Of a DNA stretch of 64,000 nt, positions 54,401 through 64,000 are shown piece after piece (positions within the stretch are counted from its first letter, which is position 1; every line of letters begins with the position of its first letter). The notes below the pieces were generated by a model. The model searched no databases and was not told where the DNA came from. It worked only from the letters and a program-made list of their open reading frames with translations. Where the stretch lies: assembly GCA_043228905.1 (NCBI GenBank), contig JBHGNT010000007.1:17422001-17486000 (forward strand), written 5' to 3'. The translations under genes were made by a program, and so were the position numbers. This DNA comes from Azolla caroliniana (lineage: Eukaryota; Plantae; Polypodiophyta).

Positions 54401-54936
54401 TTTAGAGTGTGTGAATATTTTATAGAAAAAACGCAAGCAACTAAAAAGTGACTCGTGCACATCTAGCGTGCATGAGCACTATATTTAGCAAATAAAAGCA
54501 AGGATTAGAAAAGCATCACATGCATATTTAGTGTGCATGAACATATTAGAAAAAAAGCATGTAGCTATGCTTAGTCTCTCCCATCACTACATAAGGATGG
54601 GGAGCACAATGTAATAGTGTGTGAAATATTTGGAAATTGGATATATTTCCGAAAACACCAACCGATTAATATAATCGTGGGATTCACGAAAATAATATAA
54701 TCTATACTTGTGGGATTCACAAGTTTCTTATATCTTTCTTTCAATCTAAATACATATTCTTATCTAAATATTGATTAATCGAATACAATACACTCGTGGG
54801 ATTCACGAAATTTCTATCTCTCTTTCTAATAATCTATTTATTACTAGCCTCATCTCATATTCTTCTTTCTCCTAGTCCAAAACCTCGGCGGTTCCCACCC
54901 GACTCACGCAACGATTCGGAGCCGAAAGGCACGACA
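51498..54936 (+). mobile_element. Young non-autonomous Gypsy-type LTR element, tRNA-Trp primed
   Basis: LTRs at 51498-52286 and 54158-54936 differ, by eye, by 2 substitutions and a 10-bp indel. 4-bp TSD ACGT. PBS TGGTGAACCCGACGTGAA at 52291-52308 is complementary to the plant tRNA-Trp 3' end. PPT GGAGGGGGCGAG. Confidence 0.95.
52304..54205 (+). pseudogene. Gag-like ORF with a long acidic-then-basic tail and one in-frame TGA
   Basis: ORFs 52304-52633 and 52691-54205 are in the same frame, separated only by TGA at 52631. The N-terminus FNGNDVSRYLRDY..TWGSFEEAL is Gag-like. No PR, RT or INT. Confidence 0.7.
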
Positions 54937-55684
54937 ACGTGTCAATGGAAATTTTCTCTTGACATAGTAGTATCTCTTAATTGCAAGGTTCACAATTTGC
55001 TTTAAGATATATTATATATAAATATACACACATAATTAGAAGAAGTCACTTATTCAATGGGGTATGCTTTTTAGAATATGCACAAGAACTCTTGTTACTA
55101 TTATACTTGCGTTAACAAATATAGCCCTGTCTAAGATTTGGACAAAAACATGGTAGATAGAATATACGTCGGATGATTGTGTTGACGTGATATTAGTTAG
55201 TTCTATTTTTAGCTATATTTTCATAAACCACATACGCATGCATAGTGCCTTTTTGAAATTATGCTTAAATAAGGAATTTTTTTACATCTCACTAAGATAT
55301 GAAAAAGAGAATGCGACATATTACCTGTTTCAAATGACGCGGTGTTCCGGTCGATTCCTAACAATATCTCCTTATTCTTGTTTTGCATTCTAAATCTCAA
55401 ATAGTTCTATTTGTGAACTATGGATTGATATTGAGTAAAAGAAAATTTCCTACTCGCTAATGAATCATGTAATTTAGATGAAGGAGATTGTCACATTGTC
55501 ATGTTCTTGAGATATATTTAATGTTTGTTGTTAACTAAGGAATGAACAAAGTTTTGGACATGATAAGGGATATATATTATAATTTCACTCTCTGTGTGAG
55601 AAAGATGAATTTGTACACATTACTCATATGCCCAAACTAAGTAACTAAATTCCAAAGCATTATTTGCCACGCCTATGAGAGTAT

Positions 55685-55856
55685 GATCCGGAGGTGGAGG
55701 TGTGGGCCAGGAAGTTTTAAGGCTGGATGGATAATATTAGTGTAGATAATTATTATTAAGTAAATGACGGATCCGGCGGAGGTGTGGACTGGGAAGAGTT
55801 AAGGCCGGACGGATAATATTAGTATAGATAATTGTTATTAAGGAGATGACGGATTC
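55685..55856. repeat. ~85-bp tandem duplication
   Basis: GATCCGG..GGAGGTGTGG..AAGGC.GGA.GGATAATATTAGT.TAGATAATT.TTATTAAG..ATGACGGAT occurs twice. Confidence 0.8.
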
Positions 55857-56709
55857 AAATGGTTGTGCCGATCGGATCCGCACCGTTTTGTAGTTGGTAG
55901 CTGCATAGGCATCAATTTGTATCGTTCTACTGGATGCTTATATAACACCAGGACATTTCAAACAGGTAATATGTCACATTTTGAGATATGTCCATCAAAA
56001 AATGACAAAAATTAGGGTGATTCACAAAAATGGGTGCTCATGCGTAAAGGATTTTAAAAAATGACCCAAAAATATATTGATTTCTAGCATGTACGAAAAT
56101 GACTAAATAATGCCTAAATAATGGACATGCCCAACTTACAAATGAATGTCCAAAATGACTAACACCAATATTTATAGAAATTCATGAATCCAAATCTTGA
56201 TGTACAATACAATATTTATAGTTAACGTATTTGGACAATCATTTTCCAAGTTTATGCCATCATCTTCATACCCATTAGATGAACTAGTAAGAGTTTATGA
56301 GGTCTCATCCTCATCATCAATGGCAACTAATGCATTGTTTTCATCCAATTGCAATCCAACCTCATCATGGTTATGAGTCATGCTTCTTATTTGTCTTTGT
56401 GTTGTGTCTGAAGCCAAATTCGAGATCCGCTTTTAGTATCTTCATTGTGGTCTGTCGCAAATAACTTGTTTTGGTCAAAGATAAGTCATACACTAGTATA
56501 TAAACATTATCCAATTTAAGAGTAGATGTGCTTGACACATTCTTTCTTCTTCACTTTTTGGTTATGATATTTAATTATGTACTTTCAATTTATGATATTT
56601 GATTATGTGAGAGAAACCTTCTACCAAAATCATTAGAATCTAAACATTGCCGTAAAGATGTTTTTTCATTTTTTGTAGATTCTCATAGTAAGCCTTTTGA
56701 TGTGAAACA

Positions 56710-57932
56710 AAAATCAGATTCATTCCATCTAGATCTGATGCACTATGTGGAATTTTACTCTATACCTCTAGAATTGGATTTTCAATGGAAATCCAATGCA
56801 CTACATCAGATTTAAGTTAAAAGTCCACTTTTGCTTATTTGTTTCTGAATTTTCTTATTTTCTGATTTCTTTTGTATTTTTTTAAAATTTTTAAATTTTT
56901 TTCCCATAAATAAATAAATAAAAATTGAAAAAATGGATTTTCAACGGAAATCCGGTTTCAGTTGAAAGTCTACTTTTTCTTATTTATTTCCAAATTTTCT
57001 TAGTTTTTGAATTTTTTTTGTATAAATAAATAAAAATTGGAAAAATGGATTTCCATTGAAAATCCACTTTTTCTTATGGATTTTGGCCATTTAAAATGAT
57101 GTATTTTCAACGGGCTTTACTACATCGGATTTCCATTGAAAGTCCAAGATTTTTCTTTTAGTTTTCTCATTTATTATGGATTTTCAACTGAAATCCGATG
57201 CAGTGGATTAGATTTTCATTGAAAATGCAATATTTTTTTATTATTTCATTGTTTTATGATTTTGGATTTTTAATTGAAATCCGATGTATTGCATTAGATT
57301 TCAATTGAAAATCCACTTTTTTTAATATTTTTATTTATTTATCAAAAAAATGAAAAGCAATTGAAAAGAAAAAGGATTGTCAGACAAAATCTGATGAACT
57401 GCATCGATGTCGATGACTACAATCAGATACAGTGCATCAGATTTCAGTTGAAAAGCCAATTATTATTATTACTTATATGGAAAAAAATTATAAATAAATA
57501 AATAAATAAAAATACATTGAAAATAGAAAAAAGAAAAATGGATTTTCGACTTTAATCCAATGCATTGCATTGGATTCTAGCTGTACAGACTAAAATACAA
57601 TGTAGTGCATTGTATTTTAGCTGAAAATCCATTTATTATTTTTTTATGGAAAAAATTAAAAAAATTACAAAATTAAAAAACATCTTGGATTTTCAACTGG
57701 AATCTAGTGCATTGCATTGGATTCCAGTTGAAAATCCAGGATTTTTTATTTTTTCAAATTTTCAATGGGGTTTAGTGCTTTTTAATTTTGTAATTTTTTT
57801 AATTTTTTCCATAAAAAAATAATAAATGGATTTTCAACTGGAATCTAGTGCATTGCATTGGATTCCAATTGAAAATCTAAGAATTTTTATTTTTTCAAAT
57901 TTTCAATGGGGTTTAGATTTGTTTTCCAATAT
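56710..57932. repeat. AT-rich palindrome array (block 2), direct copy of block 1
   Basis: Colinear with 49390-50790. The homology continues at 63790-64000, which matches 50788-51000, beyond the Gypsy insertion. Confidence 0.85.
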
Positions 57933-57980
57933 TGTCGTGACTTGAGAATAGGAGAGAGAAAAATAAGATGACAGTAGAAG

Positions 57981-58020
<40 letters not shown>

Positions 58021-61000
58021 AGAACACCAGAAATGGAAAGAGAGTTTATATTATAAGAGAGCAAGGATTACAAAGAGTAGGCTAAGGGGCTACAAACTGG
58101 TGTTGAACCAAATGAGTTGTGATGAATGAATAGACACCTATTTATAGGTCCTTATGGAGTATTCTAGAATTTTCTAGAATATTTTAGATATTTATGATAT
58201 TTAATATAATCATGGAATATCCTAGAATGTTCTAGAATACTCTAGATTGTTCTGGAATACTCTAGAATGTTGTAGAATACTCTAAAGGTCTTGTAATAAC
58301 TAATAATACATTTATTATAACTATACATCGTATATGTTAGTATAATGGTTAAAGGTCTAACATATAGACCAAGACGTCTTGGGCTTGAATCCTTGTAAGG
58401 CCAAAATGTATGTTGTCATGACATTATCCCCTCTTTTCGACGATGAGTTTCACGAGTCGGAAGACAAGATTTCGGACTTGGTTTATGAGGATATTTGTTA
58501 TGAAATGCAGCAACCATTTTGGAGGCATTAGCAAGATTCTCAAGAGGTTCCCATGTTCAATCATTAGGTGTATAACCTAACCAGTCAACCAAATAATACA
58601 GTTTGTTGTGAACGATCTTGGAGTCGAGAATGGCAGCAACTTCATATTCGGAGCCATCTGAAACTTCGATTGGAGGTGGGGGAGATGTAAGACAACCTAG
58701 AATAGAGCTGGTTGTGTATAGCTCCAAAAGTGAAACATGGAAGACCGGGTGAAGATGCATATGAGGGGGAAGATCAAGGCGAAATGCCACATCATTGATC
58801 TTACCAGATATCACATATGTGCCAAAACGTTGATTATCCAATTTGTAGCAAGGTCAGGTTGTTTTAATGCGACCTTGTAAAAGCCATACTCGATCCCCCA
58901 CTTGAAACATAGTCGATGAATCACGTCGATGACGGTCGGCAACCTTCTTTTGAGTGTTTTGAGCATCACATAAATGGTGCAAAAGGATATCTTGAACTTC
59001 TTGGAGTCGGGTGAGCCGATCTTCAGCAGTCGGGTTTGTCGAGAGTTCGTGATGCTCAAGCATAGTCCAACGAGGATGGTACCCAATGTTTGCAAAAAAT
59101 GGGGAATATCCAGTAGAAGAATGTTCTGAGTTATTGTAAGCAAATTCCGCCAAATGTAATAGATCAACCCAATCATCTTGTTGATAGTTGACAAAACAAC
59201 GAAGGTATTGTTCTACTGTTTGGTTGGTGCGCTCACTATGTCTGTTAGTTTCTGGATGGTTGTCGGAAGAGAGTTTGGAAGAAGTATGTAAGAGTTTGAA
59301 CATGTGCCGCCAAAATTTTGAGATGAACTGGGGACCCCGATCACTGATAATATCATTAGGAAGACCATGATGCCGAAACACCTCTTGCATGAGTAACTCG
59401 GCTGTCTCTTGGCTCGTAATGGCCTTTGTGCAGGGAAGAAAATGTGCCATCTTGGTAAAATGATCTACTACCGTGAGAATAGAATCAAAACCCTTGGAAG
59501 GTGGTAGATCCGTAATGAAGTCCAATGAAATAGATTTCCATGGACTCTCAGGAATAGGCATTGGCTATAATAAGCCATATGGATGATGTCGAGGTTTTTT
59601 GGATCGGCAACATGTATCACAACCACGAACATAATCCATAACAAAATGGCGAAGTCGTGGCCACCAATACCTTCGAGAAATTAACGCCAAAGTCTTGTGG
59701 ATGCCAAAATGTCCAGCCATTGGTGTATCATTGTATCATGACATTGTTGCAAGACTTGGAGTCGAGAAGGACCATCAGGCACATATAAGAGATTTTGTCG
59801 AAAAAGTAAACCATCATGCCAATTGAACTGGTTGTAGTCTTGACTAGGATTTTGAGATTGTGAACAAGAAGCACGACCTGGGATAATATGGTTCAAAATA
59901 TCTTGGGCGAATTCATCAGTCTCAATATGCTTCCGAATGGAGTCTAGAAGACTTGAATCCTCGGGTGTGTCTATAGCATGAAAAGCCATTAGTTGTAGAC
60001 GGTTAGGACCCAAGAGGATTTGCTTCTGACTTTCAAATGCGGCCTCTCCTGGTTGAAGTTCCATATATGAATGCCGAGATAAAGCATTTGCTTTGCCTTG
60101 TTGCATCCCAGGGCTATACAGAATTACGAAATCAAAATGAGTTAAAAACTGCGCCCAACGAGCTTGTCGACGACTCAAGACTCGAGCACTTTGGAAGTAC
60201 GTTAGATTTTTGTGATCATTATAGACAATGATTTGTTGAGACTAACCCTCCAAAAAATGACGCCATTGTTGAAAAGAGTCCACAATGGCAAGAAGCTCTT
60301 TGTCGTGAATCTCATAGTTGATTTCTGCAGCTTCGAATTTCCGTGAATGAAAAGCCACAGGGCGCAGTTGGCCATCATTGCTAATCTAGGATAATACGCT
60401 TCCTAGTGCGAAGTCAGATGCATCAGCTTCCAGTATAAACCGCTTCAATGGATCAACATGCATCAAAATTGGTGCGGATGTAAATGCTTGCTTTAATCCT
60501 TCAAATGCAGAGTTTGCATTTATACTCCACACAAATGGTTGATTCTTCTATGTCAGTTGAGTGAGGGGCAATACGATCTTTGAATAATCTTTGATGAACT
60601 TGCGATAAAAGTTTGCGAACCCTAAAAAAATTGTACATCTCGCACAAACTGTGGTGTTTGCCAATCCAAAAATGTTTGAACCTTTGCTGGATCCATAGAG
60701 ATGCCATGTGAAGAGACTATGTACCCCAAAAATTCCACTTGACGCTGGTCAAAGCTGCACTTCTCCAATTTTGCATAGAGACTATATTCACGCAACCATT
60801 GCAAAGCTTGTTGAACATGTATATCATGATCCTCTTGAGTTTTTGAGTAGATCAAGATATCATCTAGGTAAATTATGACGAAAATATCGAGGAAATCTCT
60901 AAAAATGTCATTCGCCATATGTTGGAAAACTGCTGGTGCATTCGTGAGACCAAATGGCATCACTGTATACTCAAAATGGCCATAGCGAGTACGAAAAGCA

Positions 61001-63253
61001 GTCTTCCATTCATCCCCAGGACGAATTCGAACAAGATTGTAAGCACCTCGAAGATCTAACTTTGTGAAATACTTAGCTACATTGAGGCGTTCCAAAAGGC
61101 TCGAAATCAATGGTAGAGCATATCGGTTTCAAATAGTTACTTTATTCAATCCTCAATAATCCACAACCAGACGAAGCGAACCATCTTTCTTCTTAACGAA
61201 AAATATGGGTGCGCCGGCAAGAGATCTTGAATGTTGGATAAACCCATTCGCCAAGTTCTCATCGATATATTCCCGAAGAACCTCTAACTTCGTCGGTGAA
61301 AGGTTATAAATTGGCCCCCATGGAGGCTCTTTTCTGGGCTGCAAATCAATCAGGCAATCATATGGTCGATGCTTTGGTAGTCTATTGGCCTTCACCTTAT
61401 CAAAAACATCGGAGAATTCTATATATTTCTTTGGTAGTTGGACCCCCGATTCTTGTGAGCTCGATGTGGGAGTTGCTAAAACTGCGAACACCAACATGTC
61501 TTCCTTTCGTCCTTCCTCACGTAATTGATGTATAGAGATTGTCAAAATCTTTTGGAATGTCATATCCTTTGTTGGAGTTTTAAGAGGCTCAGATTGTATT
61601 GTGACTTCTTCAATGGTTCTTTTTCTCCAATCAATAGTTGGGTTATGTCGCTCAAACCATGGAAGACCAAGAACTAGGGAGTGCTTTAGACTACTAATGA
61701 TGTTGAATGAGATGACACTAGCCAAATTGCCTAGGACTACATGAATTGGTTCAGACTCTTCAACTATATCACTTGATCCTATGGGGCATCCATCAATGAC
61801 TCCGACTGACACTAGGCTTGGGAGCTTATGCAACTGAATATTATGCATTACAGCAAACTCACGATCCATGAAACAAGAGTTGGCTCTAGAGTCTAAGAGG
61901 GCAGAAGCTGGGACTCGATGGCACCTAGATGTATTAAGCTCAACTTGTGTAGAGAAAACTCGACTAACTTGACCGGATGAAATGGAACCACAATTAGGGA
62001 CGGACGTTACATGCCTAGGGATATCCAACCAAATGGCTCCGATTTTGGCCGGACTTACTCGTTTAACACATCATCTAATTGGCTCAAGACATCAAATGTA
62101 TTTTTATGACAAGGACTACTAGGCCTTCTTGGGTTACAAGAAGGCGGGGCAGAAATTGAGATGGGATTGTCATGAGCACTTACTTGGTTAACTTGTCGTG
62201 GTGGTTTATGTGGACAATTCACTGCAATATGCCCTAGACTAGCACAATAGAGGCATAGACGATTCGCTCGCCGTCATTGCTTTTTAGCATCTAATAATGG
62301 TCCTCGACGTTGTATTGTCTCGATTTCCATTGGAGTAGGGCCTTCCACCACACTTGACTTTGATACTTGGGGTGGAGTTGCAACCACCGAAGCATATGTT
62401 TCTGTTGGTTGAAAGCGTAACATTTGTTGTCGCTCAGAACGCCGCTCAAATAAGCGATTGTCACATCGCACGGCCCGACTTACTGGTTCAGTAAGAGATT
62501 TTGGATCATCATGGAAGGTAAGAAGTAAATCCTTCACATCATTGCGCAGACCTTGACGAAATTGATCCATTAATGCCGCCTCGTCCCATGGAATATCACA
62601 TGCTAGAAGGCGAAAATCTGCAGCATAAGTGGAAGCAGGACGATCTCCTTGTCGTAATCGCCGAATTTTGTTTATTGCAGTCCTCATACTATTAGTGTCT
62701 CCAAAGTTGGCTTGGAACTCATTAATAAACCCTTGAAAATCTTCTAATAATGGTGAGTGCTTCTATAGGAGTGGTGCAAACCACGCCAATGTGGTACTCG
62801 TTAACAAGGAACCAACTAGACCCACACGAGCAACATTAGTTGGGTAACGGCTAGGATGCAATTTAATCACAAGTCGTACCTGATTTAAAAATCCACGAAA
62901 TTGAGACCTTGTACCATCAAACTTGGCCGACAGACTAATCTTGGGTTCCTTCGGCGAGGTTTGAACTTCCGTCGCTTGTCGTTGCAATAGAGTAGTCTCC
63001 AATTGATGCACCCGTTGAGATAATTCTTCATATTGTTGTACTTTCTCAGCACTTACTTGTTGTAGGTCTCCCAACAATCTTTGATTTTCATGCTCTAGTG
63101 CCACGAATTTGGTTGTTAGCATTTCGATCTCGGAGAGAACACGCATATATTCTTGCTTGCTGACGGACTCCATAGTTGCGATAGAAAATTGCTAGATTTG
63201 GTTGAATAAGGTTAAGATAAGAAGAAGAAGTTGGAGAAGAAGAAAAGAGATAG

Positions 63254-63264
63254 ATTCGGTTCAA
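63254..63264 (-). promoter_or_regulatory. Self-priming PBS (TTGAACCGAAT)
   Basis: Exact complement of ATTCGGTTCAA (63499-63489), which begins 33 nt after the LTR TATA box. There is no TGG tRNA-type PBS. Confidence 0.85.
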
Positions 63265-63314
63265 ACTGTTGTGACTTGAGAATAGGAGAGAGAAAAATAA
63301 GATGACAATAGAAG

Positions 63315-63351
<37 letters not shown>

Positions 63352-63366
63352 AGATGACAATAGAAG

Positions 63367-63411
<45 letters not shown>

Positions 63412-63703
63412 ACTAGAAATGGAAAGAGAGTTTATATTATAAGAGAGCAAGGATTACAAAGAGTAGGCTAAGGGGCTACAAACTGGTGTTGAACCGAATG
63501 AGTTGTGATGAATGAATAGACACCTATTTATAGGTCCTTATGGAGTATTCTAGAATGTTCTAAAATATTTTAGATATTTATGATATTTAATATAATCATG
63601 GAATATCCTAGAATGTTCTAGAATACTCTAGATTGTTGTAGAATACTCTAAATGTCTTGTAATAACTAATAATACATTTATTATAACTATACATCATATA
63701 TGT

Positions 63704-63768
63704 TAGTATAATGGTTAAAGGTCTAACATATAGACCAAGACGTCTTGGGCTCGAATCCTTGTAAGGCC
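63704..63768 (+). promoter_or_regulatory. tRNA-like A-box/B-box module inside the LTR, antisense to the element
   Basis: TAGTATAATGG at 63704, hairpin GGTCTA/TAGACC, and GGCTCGAATCC at 63748 (44-nt spacing). Second copy at 58338-58392. Confidence 0.6.
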
Positions 63769-64000
63769 AAAATGTATGTCGTCATGACAAATACAGGTAT
63801 ATAGAACTTGTCACATTAATTTAGTGTAACGTTATAGTTTATTCTTCAATTTGATGTTACATGTGCAATTTCATTATACTATCATGTACTACTACAACAT
63901 GCGCCTTAAAGATGTTCAGGAACTCTGTTGCATTAGAGAAGGACCCTGAGCAAGTTATTTTCATCAAAATGAGGATCCAAGGTATCTGAGACTGTCCTGA

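Larger units (their letters stand above)
57933..63789 (-). mobile_element. Full-length Ty3/Gypsy chromovirus (Tcn1-like), coding region decayed
   Basis: LTRs at 57933-58423 and 63267-63789, TSD AATAT/AATAC and PPT at ~58424-58437. Order is gag (63173-62274), PR (LLDS), RT ([19 protein letters not shown]), RH, INT (WKSISLDFI, SDRGPQF) and chromodomain (YEVAAILD..YYLVDWLGY). Multiple stops and frameshifts. Confidence 0.97.

Noticed and set aside
63695-63770. Functional tRNA genes at the A/B-box modules
   Set aside because: No convincing acceptor stem or 7-nt anticodon loop could be folded, so they are treated as tRNA-derived relics.

Overview
Eukaryotic land-plant nuclear DNA, probably a fern or other non-seed plant (inferred from the PLS-PPR style and the self-priming Tcn1-type chromoviruses). 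The first 20 kb is a gene island with three genes. (1) A 4-exon gene for a ~788-aa uncharacterised protein with four ~79-aa internal repeats. (2) An intronless PLS-E PPR gene. (3) A 4-exon SnRK1 beta subunit gene. The remaining 44 kb is nested transposons: a full-length decayed Copia, a full-length chromodomain Gypsy, three non-autonomous LTR elements, MULE and hAT non-autonomous elements and palindrome arrays. Four things stand out. A 2.6-kb self-priming LTR element whose interior is ~28 bulged hairpins with compensatory base changes. Antisense tRNA-type A/B-box modules at the U3 end of three different LTR families. Matched 11-nt self-primer/PBS pairs that differ between families. A PPR-DYW fragment that replaces the RT core of a Gypsy relic. 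All coordinates were read by hand and may be off by a few bases.
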